DNA of 64,000 nucleotides from a virus (IMGVR_UViG_3300042970_000025), one strand, 5' to 3'; positions 1 to 10,135 are shown, counted from the stretch's first letter. Notes: generated by a model from the sequence alone, not told the origin. Numbers and translations: made by a program.

Positions 1-1752
1 GCGGGCGGGAATCTCGCCAGTAAAGACAACTTCATCCTTTTTTACCTGGGCCGTTTCGATGGTGGCACAGTATTTCGGTGCATCATGATAAGCCCTGGAA
101 AGGTATTCCTGGGGCGCATAGAGGATGAAGGAGAGATAAGGTTCCAGCAGCTGCGTCCCCGATTCCTTCAATGCCTGTTCCAATACAATCGGGGCCAATG
201 AGCGGAAGTCCGCCGGCGTGCTGACCGGACTGTAATAAAGCCCGTATTCAAAGCAAATCTTACAGTCCGTTACGTTCCAGCCGAACAAGCCCTGCTCCAG
301 CCCGTAACGGATACCATCCCTGACAGCGTTTTGAAAACTCTGGTTCAAGTATCCCAGCGAAACCCGGCTCTCGTATTGTACACCGGAGCCAAGCGGGAGT
401 GGTGTAACAGACAGTCCGATGGATGCCCAAAACGGGTTGGGCGGCACCTCGATATGGATGGTGTGGCTGGCTGCTTTGAGCGGCCGCTCCATATAAATGA
501 CGGTGGGTTCCTTTACCACTGTTTCAAGCTTGTATTTTTCCGACAGCAAAGCGGAAACAACCTCCAACTGCACCCGGCCCAAAAAAGAAAGAATGATCTC
601 ATGGGTGATGGAATCCACCTCGCAGCGCAAAAGCGGGTCAGTATCCGCAAGTTGCGTAAGAGCGTCCAGCAGCCGTTCTCTTTGCGCTGCCGTTTTCGGC
701 GCAATCGACGTCCGCAGCATGGGGAGGGGGTCCTCACGCCACCTTTTACGAGGGAGCCGGGTTGGGTCCCCTAATACATCGTTTAACCTCACGCTGTCGC
801 TGGGAAGGATAACAATTTCACCCGGATAAGCGGTGTCTGTCCGAACAATTTCCCCTTTGGATGGAATACGCATCTCTGTGATTTTCAGCTTTTCTCTCCC
901 GGCCAGGGCCACCGTATCCCGCAGGCGCAGCGTTCCGCTGTATAGCCGTAGATAGACACGCCGCTGGCCGCAATCTGTATACTCCACCTTGAAAACGCTG
1001 CCGCATAGGGCGGCGCTCCCCTGTTCCCCAATCGGTTGGAACAGCCCTGTCACCGCATCCATCAACGGTTGAATGCCAAGGCCCTTTTTGGCGCTGCCAT
1101 AATAGACCGGGAACAGGGAGGCGTCTTGAACCCGCCGCTGTTCCTCCCGCACAAGTTTTTCCCGGCTGATTGGTTCTCCTGCGATATACTTTTCCAATAA
1201 TTTATCGTTATTTTCGATGACCGCATCCCATGCTTCTATGTCGGTATTTTCCTCCAGGACTATTTCCGGGGACAGCGACACCGTCTGCTTGATGATAATA
1301 TCGGCGGAGAGCTTATCCCGAACAGACTGAACCACGCTCTGCAAATCAACGCCAGCCTGGTCGATCTTGTTGATAAAGATAACGGTGGGAATGTTCATTT
1401 TCCGCAGGGCATGGAACAGAATACGGGTCTGGGCCTGCACGCCATCTTTAGCGGAGATCACCAAGATGGCCCCATCTAAAACAGCCAAAGAGCGGTACAC
1501 CTCCGCCAAAAAATCCATGTGGCCGGGCGTATCCACAATGTTAACTTTACATCTGTGCCACTGGAAGGAAGTGACTGCCGCTTGAATGGTAATCCCACGC
1601 TGCCGCTCCAAAAACATGGTGTCCGTCCTCGTTGTCCCTTTTTCGACGCTCCCCGGTTCTGAAATGGCTCCGCTGGCATATAGCAGGCTCTCCGTCAAGG
1701 TCGTCTTTCCAGCGTCTACATGGGCAAGAATTCCAATATTGATTATTTTCAT
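1..1752 (-). CDS. tet(W): Tetracycline ribosomal protection protein Tet(W), 3' end outside the window
   Basis: Reverse strand from ATG at 1752 translates [65 protein letters not shown]..., recognised as Tet(W); RBS GGAGG upstream; absent from the ORF track because it has no stop within the window. Confidence 0.97.
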   Translation of the reverse strand, partial: MKIINIGILAHVDAGKTTLTESLLYASGAISEPGSVEKGTTRTDTMFLERQRGITIQAAVTSFQWHRCKVNIVDTPGHMDFLAEVYRSLAVLDGAILVISAKDGVQAQTRILFHALRKMNIPTVIFINKIDQAGVDLQSVVQSVRDKLSADIIIKQTVSLSPEIVLEENTDIEAWDAVIENNDKLLEKYIAGEPISREKLVREEQRRVQDASLFPVYYGSAKKGLGIQPLMDAVTGLFQPIGEQGSAALCGSVFKVEYTDCGQRRVYLRLYSGTLRLRDTVALAGREKLKITEMRIPSKGEIVRTDTAYPGEIVILPSDSVRLNDVLGDPTRLPRKRWREDPLPMLRTSIAPKTAAQRERLLDALTQLADTDPLLRCEVDSITHEIILSFLGRVQLEVVSALLSEKYKLETVVKEPTVIYMERPLKAASHTIHIEVPPNPFWASIGLSVTPLPLGSGVQYESRVSLGYLNQSFQNAVRDGIRYGLEQGLFGWNVTDCKICFEYGLYYSPVSTPADFRSLAPIVLEQALKESGTQLLEPYLSFILYAPQEYLSRAYHDAPKYCATIETAQVKKDEVVFTGEIPAR

Positions 1753-1786
1753 GTGATTGTCCTCCCTTTACAGCCCCAAAGGGCAT

Positions 1787-1826
1787 AAAAATCCCCAGCA
1801 GTAAAATACTTTTACCACTGGGGATT
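1787..1826 (-). terminator. tet(W) attenuator/terminator hairpin
   Basis: ATCCCCAG...CTGGGGAT stem followed by a T-run on the minus strand, overlapping the leader peptide stop codon. Confidence 0.75.
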
Positions 1827-1856
1827 ATAAGTTGCGGACATACACATATACAGCAT
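1812..1856 (-). CDS. tet(W) leader peptide MLYMCMSATYNPQW
   Basis: 14-codon ORF read directly from the sequence, overlapping the attenuator hairpins. Confidence 0.85.
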   Translation of the reverse strand: MLYMCMSATYNPQW

Positions 1857-2329
1857 ACACCTGTTTGTGATTGCTGTATATGTGTATGTCAAAATTGATA
1901 AGGCAAAAGTATTCTTAAATTGGGTACAAAAAACTAAGCCCCTACAAAAGGAGCTATCATAATCCTTTGTTCCCACTATTTGATTATAGTTTTATTTAAG
2001 AATACCTTGCCGCATATTTTTTACTCCTTTTCTGGATTAAATCATTGTATCACATCAGTTTTAGGAAAGCAAGTACCTAAAAGAAATTTTTCTTCCCCTT
2101 ATATGTAACAATCATACCGGCTTCCTAGCGTTCAGAATGTTTTCTGCTGTCTGCTGTGGTGTTTGGTTGGAATTGTCCAACCAAAAGCCGATCCGTGGTG
2201 TTGTCTGCATTTTACTAAATACAAATTCAATGTATACAGAAAGATATAAGGAGTGGGAGGGATTCCGCCGTAGTTGGCATTGTAGGAAAATCCAAAAGTT
2301 TAGATTTAATGATATTATTATACCATGAA

Positions 2330-2524
2330 TCAGAACTTATCGAAATCCTCCTGTGTTGCCACGCGGGCATATTTCACGCTGTCATTTGCTTTCTCTGTCC
2401 AGATGTCTAAGACAAGCCCAATGGAAAGAAGGTCCAGGTCGCGGACGGAGATTCCAATTTCTGTGCAGCGCAGAAGAAAAAGCGGGGTGGTCATTTCCCG
2501 CTCACTTCTGCCAAGCCTTTTTTT
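2330..2524 (-). CDS. Tail assembly chaperone C-terminal extension (gpT-like), probably reached by -1 frameshift
   Basis: Frame ...KKRLGRSEREMTTPLFLLRC...DFDKF overlaps the end of the chaperone at an A7 slippery run. Confidence 0.7.
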   Translation of the reverse strand, partial: KKRLGRSEREMTTPLFLLRCTEIGISVRDLDLLSIGLVLDIWTEKANDSVKYARVATQEDFDKF

Positions 2525-2865
2525 GCCTGCACATCCGTCATCAAATTGCTTCCCCAGAGCTCTAAGATCTCCGGAAGCACCTGGTAGATGGAAAACATCT
2601 CGAACTGGTCGAGCCACTCGTCGATGGTCTTTGGAATCGACGGATCCGCATGATAAGCCATGATGTAGGCGACGTTTTCAAAAATCTCAAGATCGTCAAT
2701 CTCAAGCTCTTCAGAGTCTGTCGCTTTAGCCCGGTAGGACTTTTCCAGCTTGGAAAGGTCCTTAAAGATATCCCGCTTGAATTTCAGCCGGTAGATTCTT
2801 GGGATCGCGGCAGAAGAGCGGAAGGTGACCGGTTTTCCGCTGATTTCGATTTTTTTTTCAATCAT
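2491..2865 (-). CDS. Tail assembly chaperone (gpG-like)
   Basis: Directly after the major tail gene; 124 aa; ends just after the slippery site. Confidence 0.75.
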   Translation of the reverse strand: MIEKKIEISGKPVTFRSSAAIPRIYRLKFKRDIFKDLSKLEKSYRAKATDSEELEIDDLEIFENVAYIMAYHADPSIPKTIDEWLDQFEMFSIYQVLPEILELWGSNLMTDVQAKKGLAEVSGK

Positions 2866-2877
2866 GAATTAACTCCT

Positions 2878-3489
2878 TTACTGCCCGGAAGAAGATGCAT
2901 CTGAAGAGGAAGACGCAGCTTTCTCTGTCGGAACGTAGACTGCCTTATACCATCCGTCATAGACCGTGGTATCTGTGGTGTCTCCAGATCTTGCTTTGAC
3001 CAGGCCGTCTGATCTTGGGTCTGCCGTAATGGAGAGCTTCTCGGTGCCCGGTTCAATCGTGTCTTCTTTTGTTTCTGACTCTAAGGATGGGCGGGATGCC
3101 GTGCAGTAGTAAAGGACGTGGCGAATGGAGTTGACGTCTCCATCAAACTCAAAGAGAAGGGCAAACTTCACGGTGTCAGTCAGGCCGCTCTTTTCTACCA
3201 GCACGCCCTTACTGTCCAGCTCTTCCTGCAGAATCTCGGTCCGAAACCACTCCGGAATCAAAGCAAGCTCAAGGTCACCGGAATAGCCGTTGTTTGTGAT
3301 GGAGCGAAAGTAGACGATGCCGTCTGCATAGAAGGCTTTGGTTTCACCTTCAGCGTCCAGGCTGATCGACACGGCTCCGGGGATTGCTTTAGGGGCTGCA
3401 TAAGTAAAGCTAGACACGCCGTCCGTTACGGTTTCTGTCAGCTTTGCCGCGTAGACATTTTTCAGGTTGTATTTGACTTTATTTCCCAT
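2878..3489 (-). CDS. Major tail protein (phi13 family)
   Basis: NKVKYNLKNV...PGAVSISLDAEGE...FYADGIVY...GYSGDLE pattern; synteny. Confidence 0.88.
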   Translation of the reverse strand: MGNKVKYNLKNVYAAKLTETVTDGVSSFTYAAPKAIPGAVSISLDAEGETKAFYADGIVYFRSITNNGYSGDLELALIPEWFRTEILQEELDSKGVLVEKSGLTDTVKFALLFEFDGDVNSIRHVLYYCTASRPSLESETKEDTIEPGTEKLSITADPRSDGLVKARSGDTTDTTVYDGWYKAVYVPTEKAASSSSDASSSGQ

Positions 3490-3492
3490 AGC

Positions 3493-3810
3493 TTAAACCT
3501 CCAATTCGTAAAGGACTTCATAGAGCTTTTCCGACTCGATATAGACTTCGGTCTTGTCATAGAAGAGGCCGCGGCTTGTCAGCACGCGCTCAATATTTTC
3601 TTCTTGCTCTGGGTTCTTTTTGTCTGTGTAAAGCTCGATATGAAGAACGTGGATTTTCTGATAGGCGATGCCGTCTGCCGCAAAGTTGTCGCTCTCCGGA
3701 AGAAGAAAGCAAAGATAGGGTGGGGCAGGGGAGAAGCCTTCTTCAAAATGATCATAGGCAAGAGGAAGTTCCGTTTCTTCCAGCATCTCTACAATCTCGT
3801 CGTATTTCAT
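3493..3810 (-). CDS. Tail terminator/completion-like protein
   Basis: Position in the head-tail cluster; AYDHF...IELYTDKK pattern. Confidence 0.65.
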   Translation of the reverse strand: MKYDEIVEMLEETELPLAYDHFEEGFSPAPPYLCFLLPESDNFAADGIAYQKIHVLHIELYTDKKNPEQEENIERVLTSRGLFYDKTEVYIESEKLYEVLYELEV

Positions 3811-3811
3811 G

Positions 3812-4195
3812 TCAGCCTCCTTTTAGTTTTTGTTTGATCAGTTTTTCAAGCTCCTCGTTTCCCTTCTGTTCAGCCGGGGCGATGTGAGGCCTTGCAGCGA
3901 CTCTTCCTCCACCTCGTTTGGCGTGGCCGCGCTCTAAGAGGTGGGCAATCTGGTAGCGGTTTCTGGAGTGGACGACAAGGTTGATGCTGCTTGATGTCTC
4001 GCTTACTTTCTTTACGGACCAGGATTTCTTATATTTTCCGGTTCTTACCGGAGCAGAATCCCGAATGTCGGTCCGTACGTCTTTTGCGGTTTTCTTGACC
4101 GCATCTTTCAGATCATCCGATGCAAGAGAAGCGTATTCTTTTAGCTCCTTCATGATGGCGTCTTCCATCTGATCGACTGAAACTTTCTTACTCAT
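3812..4195 (-). CDS. HK97 gp10-family tail component
   Basis: APVRTGKYKKSW...AHLLERGH...ARPHIAPA motifs. Confidence 0.85.
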   Translation of the reverse strand: MSKKVSVDQMEDAIMKELKEYASLASDDLKDAVKKTAKDVRTDIRDSAPVRTGKYKKSWSVKKVSETSSSINLVVHSRNRYQIAHLLERGHAKRGGGRVAARPHIAPAEQKGNEELEKLIKQKLKGG

Positions 4196-4523
4196 TTCTT
4201 TTCTCCAAACTGCAGTTAAACTTGATGGAGTTTTTCTTGAAACCCATAGGGTTCACGTAGGTAATGTTGTAGGTCCTGCCTTCTGAAAGAATCCGGAAGT
4301 GAGTGGAGTCGACCTTTGAGAGTTCCGTGCACCAGCGGCAGGTAAAGTCTAACGTTTCCTCAGGCCGGATGACCTCCATATCGGTTTCTGATCCGGTGGA
4401 CGACCCAACCGTCGCGTAACAGGCAAAATAATCCGTCCAAGAAGATCCTTGGTTCTTGTATTTGTCCGTCACGATTTCATTCTTTTGAAAAAGAATCGGG
4501 ACGCGGAGTGATGCGATATTCAT
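4188..4523 (-). CDS. Head closure / head-tail adaptor
   Basis: Synteny and size (111 aa). Confidence 0.75.
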   Translation of the reverse strand: MNIASLRVPILFQKNEIVTDKYKNQGSSWTDYFACYATVGSSTGSETDMEVIRPEETLDFTCRWCTELSKVDSTHFRILSEGRTYNITYVNPMGFKKNSIKFNCSLEKRNE

Positions 4524-4810
4524 TAAAACTGCTCCTTTCTTACGCCAAAGAGAAGAGCGCGAAGGGTCTGATTCAGTTCGTTATGGTCGGCTTCTTCCCG
4601 GTGCTCGTAAAGATAGGCGATGCAGTAGAGAATGGCAATGCGCATACGGATCAGGATCTTTTCTTCGCTTGCTTCCCATTCTTCATCGGTGAATCTTGCG
4701 ATGTCCTGGACCTGCCTGGTGGCTGCCCCGATCAGGCTTTTGATCAGGTCATCTTCGTCACTAGAGCTTACGCGTAGATAAGATTTTGCTTCTTCCAGGG
4801 TGATTTCCAT
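4523..4810 (-). CDS. Head-tail connector (gp6-like)
   Basis: TLEEAKSYLRV...DDLI...LYEHRE motifs. Confidence 0.88.
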   Translation of the reverse strand: MEITLEEAKSYLRVSSSDEDDLIKSLIGAATRQVQDIARFTDEEWEASEEKILIRMRIAILYCIAYLYEHREEADHNELNQTLRALLFGVRKEQF

Positions 4811-4868
4811 AGGATGCCTCCAAACAAAATGTGCTGCCCAAGGAAAATCCTCAGGCAGCGGTGTGCGA

Positions 4869-6074
4869 TTAACCTGCAGCCTTTACAGAAAGGCCTCTGA
4901 CTGCTTCTGGAAGGATCAGCTTTCCATCCACACGTTCTGACGCGAGGAAGCCGATCTGGCCGTTTGCTGCGTAAAGCTCAGACAGCCTCTTGAAAGACCG
5001 TCCCTGACAGTCTGCAATCCAGTAGTAAGAGAAATCTCCAAAGAGGATCGGCACCTTGCCTGCCGCAAGCTCCGGTGCGTAGATCGAAGTTCTATACGGG
5101 CGGTTTAAGATGGTGTCCGGCTGGCCGGCGACTACGGAGGGCTGCCAGATATAGTTGTTGTTTCCATCCTTGATCTTACGAAGAGCTTTGACGGTGGAGT
5201 CGTTCAGAATCCAGACGGCGCTGTTTCGATAGACGCTCCGAAGAGAGTGGAAGACGTCCATCATGGCATCAAAGTTGATGCTCGTGTTGCTGATTTCTGT
5301 CAGGGCTTCCTTATTTGATGCGACTTTGGTAAAGACGCCTTCCGGCTTCTTGCTTCCGTCTCCAACAAGGAAAGCCTCTTCTTCAGCTGCTCCGATTCGT
5401 CTAGCAAACTCCGTAGAGATGTATCCTTCCAGATCAAAGACCGAGTCGTTCATCAGCTCTTCAGACACCTTGATCGCGGTACCAAGCTTGTAGGCAGACA
5501 GCGTGATCTGATCGAAAGTGTCGTCAGATTCTGGGTAAAGCCCGTTTTCATCCATCCAGGACGCAGTGCCGTGGGAGGCGACGATCGGGATGGTGTGGGT
5601 TCCGGACTGGGTCTGAATCACGTGAGCAATAGAACGGAAGAAGTTCTCATCGGTAAGAGCCTGAAGTAACTGCCTCTCATATTCATCTGGCACCAGGTAG
5701 CCACCGTTCGCGTCTGTACCAACTTCAAGAACGTTGTTCACATCAAACCAGTTGCGTCTTCTGATGGAGTCCCAGAAAGCGGTTTTGTAGGCTTTCGAAG
5801 AGGTTCCTTTTTTCTCCTCTGGCTCTGCTTTTACGCCAGGCTTTGAGGTAAGAGGAGATGAGGTCGGCTGATTTAACATCTGGTCGATCTGCTCCTGCCT
5901 CTGCAGGCGCTCAATGTCGCAGGTCAAATCAGTAACTTCTTTTTCCATTTTCTCGTAGGTTGCGGCATCTTCCTGGGAGACGTTTCCTCCGTTATCAGAA
6001 TGCGTATCCAGGAATTCTTTTGCCGCATTCCAGGCCTTGGCTCTTTTCTCCATGAGATCTAAAATCTTAGTCAT
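4869..6074 (-). CDS. Major capsid protein, HK97 fold
   Basis: N-terminal coiled-coil delta domain, GGYLVP motif, FGDFSYYWI. Confidence 0.93.
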   Translation of the reverse strand: MTKILDLMEKRAKAWNAAKEFLDTHSDNGGNVSQEDAATYEKMEKEVTDLTCDIERLQRQEQIDQMLNQPTSSPLTSKPGVKAEPEEKKGTSSKAYKTAFWDSIRRRNWFDVNNVLEVGTDANGGYLVPDEYERQLLQALTDENFFRSIAHVIQTQSGTHTIPIVASHGTASWMDENGLYPESDDTFDQITLSAYKLGTAIKVSEELMNDSVFDLEGYISTEFARRIGAAEEEAFLVGDGSKKPEGVFTKVASNKEALTEISNTSINFDAMMDVFHSLRSVYRNSAVWILNDSTVKALRKIKDGNNNYIWQPSVVAGQPDTILNRPYRTSIYAPELAAGKVPILFGDFSYYWIADCQGRSFKRLSELYAANGQIGFLASERVDGKLILPEAVRGLSVKAAG

Positions 6075-6087
6075 TGTAGTTTCCTCC

Positions 6088-6813
6088 TTAGTGTGAGAGA
6101 AGCGCCAGGCGCTTCTTTAGTGAATCAACAGCTACTGTTGGCGCTGCTTTCTTCTGCTTTACCGGTTCTTTTGGGATGAGTTTGGAAAGAAGGGAGTCCG
6201 TAACTGCTTTTCTTGAAAACAGCATCTCAGGATCTTCTTCGTTTTCCTTTTCTCCCTCAGAAAAGAGAATTTCATCGGCAAACCCGAGTTTCTTTGCTTC
6301 TTTTGCATTCATCCAGGTTTCTGCGTCCATGAGCTGAGAAATCTTCCGCCTCGATAGGCTCGTTTTAATCTCATAGGCGTTTACGATGGATTCCTTGACT
6401 TCGGACAGCATATCGATGGCCTTCTGCATCTCGCTTGAATCTCCAATCGCAACAGTCATCGGGTTATGGATCATCAGCATGGCAACAGGGCTCATGCAGA
6501 CCTTGGTTCCTGCCATTGCGATCACAGAGGCTGCAGATGCAGCCAAAGCGTCAATCTTTACAGTAACATCATATGGGTAATCCATTAACATGTTGTAAAT
6601 CGAGGCGGCGGCAAAGACATCGCCTCCTGGAGAGTTAATCCAAAGCGTAATGTTTCCTTCGCCATCCTCCAGTTCGTCTTTAAAAAGCTTCGGCGTAACT
6701 TCATCTCCAAACCAGGTCTCATCGGAAATTTCTCCGTTTAGGTAGAGGGTTCTTTCGCTTCCAAAGGAATCTGGAGTTTCGTTTCTTACCCAGTTCCAGA
6801 ACTTTCTTCTCAT
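6088..6813 (-). CDS. ClpP-like prohead maturation protease
   Basis: INSPGGDVF, AASAASVI, MIHNP, ETWM motifs. Confidence 0.93.
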   Translation of the reverse strand: MRRKFWNWVRNETPDSFGSERTLYLNGEISDETWFGDEVTPKLFKDELEDGEGNITLWINSPGGDVFAAASIYNMLMDYPYDVTVKIDALAASAASVIAMAGTKVCMSPVAMLMIHNPMTVAIGDSSEMQKAIDMLSEVKESIVNAYEIKTSLSRRKISQLMDAETWMNAKEAKKLGFADEILFSEGEKENEEDPEMLFSRKAVTDSLLSKLIPKEPVKQKKAAPTVAVDSLKKRLALLSH

Positions 6814-8147
6814 AAGGCTTTTCTCCTTTCCTGGATCCTCGCATCTGGCCGCGCCGACTCCTCGGTTTGTTCATCGTCCTTCTCACTCTCTTGCTCCTCT
6901 GTATTTTGACTCTGCGCAGATGCCGCGAAAATTCCGGCATCCTTGAGTTTCGTCATGTTTCCATTGATGAGGTAAAGGTCTCCGCCTTCTTCTTCTGGAA
7001 TCCGGTCCAGGTTCTCCAGCTCTCTGATATCGTTTGCGCTCATCCAGCCATTCTGCCGTCCGACAGCGTATCCGTTCATGCGGCTCTGGTAGTCTCCCCG
7101 AAGAAGTCCGTCCACGTTGAACTTAAAGAAGTAGTCCTTCTTTTCCTCAGGGCGGAGGAGTGCACGTTTCATGGACTGCTCCCAGCGACAGACCCAGGGG
7201 TCCAGCGTGTACTTTACAAACTCAAGAGACTGCTGCTCAATGTTACTGAAGCTGGATTTTTCCAGGTCTCCAATCATATGAGGAGGGATGCGGAAAATAC
7301 GCGCGATCTCATCGATCTGAAACTTTCTCGTCTCAAGAAACTGCGCCTGCTCAGGCGAGATTGAAATTGGCGTGTACTTCATGCCTTCTTCAAGAACGGC
7401 CACTTTGTTGGAATTGGATGATCCTCCAAAGGCTGAGTTCCAGCTCTGACGTACGCGCTCAGGGTCTTTCACAACGCCTGGATGCTCTAAGATGCCTCCT
7501 GGCGTCGCTCCGTTTGCAAAGAACTTACTTCCGTATTCTTCTGTCGCAATGGCAAGGCCGATCGCGTTCTTGGCCATGGCTATAGGAGAGTAGCCAACGA
7601 GCCCGTCAAAGCCTAGACCTGGGATGTGAAGAACATCACGCAGGGACAATCGGACGAGAGAACCTTTCATCGTGTGGGCTTCCTCCTGAGAAGTCTGGTA
7701 TTCATAGTAAAGCTGGCCGGATTGATCCCGGTCGACCGTCATCTTGTTTGGCATCAGAGGATACAAAGCAATGACTTCTCCTTTACCATTTCGGATGATC
7801 TGCGCGTAGGCATTACCCCACAAAAGAAGGTGGGTCATCAGCGTTTCCCGAAAGACGAAAGACGTCATCTCAGGGTTAGGTTCATCGTGAAGGATGGTGT
7901 AAAGCGGGTGATCGACCGCTTTCTCTTTTGAGCCTTCCTCAGTGTATCGGTAAAGGTGAAGGGGGAGCCCTGCCACAGCTTCTGAAAGAATCCTGACACA
8001 GGAGTAAACCGCCGTCATCTGCATGGCAGACCGCTCCGTTACTGCTTTTCCAGAAGTCGTTCCTCCAAAGAAGAAGCGGTACATGCTTCCTGAGGTGGAG
8101 TCTTTCGGCTTGTCCCTTGATTTAAAAAGTCCTGATAAGATGCTCAT
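6810..8147 (-). CDS. Portal protein, HK97 family
   Basis: LLWGNAYA, GYSPI, IARIFRIPP, NIEQQSLEF motifs. Confidence 0.95.
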   Translation of the reverse strand: MSILSGLFKSRDKPKDSTSGSMYRFFFGGTTSGKAVTERSAMQMTAVYSCVRILSEAVAGLPLHLYRYTEEGSKEKAVDHPLYTILHDEPNPEMTSFVFRETLMTHLLLWGNAYAQIIRNGKGEVIALYPLMPNKMTVDRDQSGQLYYEYQTSQEEAHTMKGSLVRLSLRDVLHIPGLGFDGLVGYSPIAMAKNAIGLAIATEEYGSKFFANGATPGGILEHPGVVKDPERVRQSWNSAFGGSSNSNKVAVLEEGMKYTPISISPEQAQFLETRKFQIDEIARIFRIPPHMIGDLEKSSFSNIEQQSLEFVKYTLDPWVCRWEQSMKRALLRPEEKKDYFFKFNVDGLLRGDYQSRMNGYAVGRQNGWMSANDIRELENLDRIPEEEGGDLYLINGNMTKLKDAGIFAASAQSQNTEEQESEKDDEQTEESARPDARIQERRKAL

Positions 8148-8158
8148 TTATACCTCCA

Positions 8159-9751
8159 TTAAATAAACAAGATCCCTCTGCTGTCATAGACCGACTCCCC
8201 AGTGTCGTTTCCGCAGCGGATTGCCCGGTCTAAGGCCATAACAAGAGCGACGGCTCCGTCGATCTTTTCAGTGGATTTCTCCTTATCCATCTTGATGTTT
8301 CCTGCAGGGTCAGTCCGGACATAAACGTTATCCATCATCCAGCGGAGAACCGGATGGCCGCCATGGGCGATTTTCTGATCCAGCGTCAGCCGCATCAGTT
8401 CTTTGGTGGGACTGCTCATGGAGGAAAAACCTTGGCCGAATGGCACAACAGTAAAGCCCATACCTTCCAGGTTCTGCACCATCTGAACCGCTCCCCAGCG
8501 GTCAAAGGCGATCTCTCTGATGTTGTACTTTTCTCCAAGGCGCTCGATGAATTTTTCGATGAAGCCGTAGTGGATGACATTTCCTTCGGTTGTCTGGATT
8601 GCGCCTCGCTTTTGCCAGAGGTCGTAAGGAACGTGATCTCTTCGGACGCGTAAATCCAGCGTATCTTCCGGCAGCCAGAAGTAGGGGAGAACGACGTATT
8701 TATCATTTTCATCTTCTGGAGGGAACACGAGAACGAAGGCCGTGATGTCCGTGGTGGAGGAAAGGTCCAGGCCGCCGTAACACACACGACCGTAGAGGTC
8801 TTCTTCCCTGACTCTAAAGGAGCAGGCGTCCCATTTATCCATCGGCATCCAGCGCACGGACTGCTTGACCCACTGATCAAGGCGGAGCTGTCTAAAAGCG
8901 TTTTCTTCCTGCGGATTCTGCTTGGCAGATTCGCAGGCGGCCTTAACTTTGTCAATGCTGATGGTGACGCCAAGAGATGGGTTTGCTTTCTTCCAAACCT
9001 CAGGGTCCGTCCAATCTTCATCCATAGAAGCGCCATAGATCACCGGGTAAAAGGTCTCATCGTGCTTTCTACCGCTTAGGATATCTTCTGCCTTCTGGTG
9101 AAGTTCATAACAGATAGAGTTTACGTCATTTCCTGCTGTCGTGATGATGAAGTGGAGGGGGTTCTTTCTTGCATCCGATGTTCCCTTTGTCATCATGTCA
9201 AAGAACTTCCGGTCCTTCTGGACCCAGAGCTCGTCAAACACCAGGCCGGACACGTTCACGCCGGACTTTCCCGCAACCTCCGCAGACACCGCCTTGTAGA
9301 TGCTGTTAGTGGGGCGGAAGTGGATGGTTTTTCGGCTGGGCCGGATATCGCAATACTTGCTCAGGGTCTTATGGAGCTTCACCATGTCGCAGGCCACATC
9401 AAAGACAAGCGAGGCCTGGTCCCGGTCCGCGGCGCAGCCATAAACCTCAGCCCGCTGCTCACCGTCTGCGCATAGCATGTATAAAGCGACAGCTGCGGCA
9501 AGCTCACTCTTTCCACACTTCTTAGGAATTTCGATGTAAGCGGTGGTGAACTGCCGGTAACCATCTGGCTTAAGGACGCCGAACAGGTCGCGGATGATCT
9601 GTTCCTGCCATCCCATCAGGTGAAAAGGCTTGTTATAGAAGTCGCCCTTGGTGTGGGAAAGCTGCTCGATAAACATCACGACAAGATCCGCTGCTGTTTT
9701 GTCGTAATGCGAGCTTTCTGCCATAAATTTTGTGGGCTTGTATCTTTCCAA
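8159..9751 (-). CDS. terL: Terminase large subunit
   Basis: Walker A PKKCGKS, Walker B LVFDE, nuclease GLDLS and KIDG; likely TTG start at 9751 after GGAGGA (track start at 9835 is probably too long). Confidence 0.95.
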   Translation of the reverse strand: MERYKPTKFMAESSHYDKTAADLVVMFIEQLSHTKGDFYNKPFHLMGWQEQIIRDLFGVLKPDGYRQFTTAYIEIPKKCGKSELAAAVALYMLCADGEQRAEVYGCAADRDQASLVFDVACDMVKLHKTLSKYCDIRPSRKTIHFRPTNSIYKAVSAEVAGKSGVNVSGLVFDELWVQKDRKFFDMMTKGTSDARKNPLHFIITTAGNDVNSICYELHQKAEDILSGRKHDETFYPVIYGASMDEDWTDPEVWKKANPSLGVTISIDKVKAACESAKQNPQEENAFRQLRLDQWVKQSVRWMPMDKWDACSFRVREEDLYGRVCYGGLDLSSTTDITAFVLVFPPEDENDKYVVLPYFWLPEDTLDLRVRRDHVPYDLWQKRGAIQTTEGNVIHYGFIEKFIERLGEKYNIREIAFDRWGAVQMVQNLEGMGFTVVPFGQGFSSMSSPTKELMRLTLDQKIAHGGHPVLRWMMDNVYVRTDPAGNIKMDKEKSTEKIDGAVALVMALDRAIRCGNDTGESVYDSRGILFI

Positions 9752-9841
9752 GGTTATTCCTCCAGGACAAAAGAAAAAGACCGCCGGAGCGATCTTGTGT
9801 ATAAAAAACAAGAACAGGAGCCTTATCGGCTCCAATCTTTC

Positions 9842-10135
9842 TTACGCTTCAATCGCCTGATCAAAGGCGTCGAGCTCCTCGTTTGTGTAAAGGTCCGTCC
9901 AGTCGGCATCATCAGGTTCCTTCATGTAGAGGATCCGCTCTTTGTCATCAAATCTCTTTGGGTCCGTCTTGATTGCGCAAGGGTGAAAGCCGTTCTGTTG
10001 GAAAAGATCATCTGCAGACTGTTTGTATTCTCTGCTTGCTTCTACTGGGATCGTAAGGATTGCTGATCTTCCGTAAAAGTCTCTTTTCAGGTTCTTCCAA
10101 AGGTAAGTGAATTCGTTTCTTTCTGCTCTTGTCAT
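9842..10135 (-). CDS. Hypothetical accessory protein
   Basis: AGGAGG RBS before MTRAERNEF; preceded by a repeated promoter motif. Confidence 0.7.
   Translation of the reverse strand: MTRAERNEFTYLWKNLKRDFYGRSAILTIPVEASREYKQSADDLFQQNGFHPCAIKTDPKRFDDKERILYMKEPDDADWTDLYTNEELDAFDQAIEA

Larger units (their letters stand above)
1753..2307 (-). other. Conserved AT-rich upstream block of the tet(W) cassette
   Basis: Recognised as the usual tet(W) upstream region; abrupt switch to phage sequence near 2307. Confidence 0.7.

Noticed and set aside
331-1786. Several short ORFs on both strands in the ORF track
   Set aside because: They are shadow frames of tet(W), which the track missed because it runs off the window
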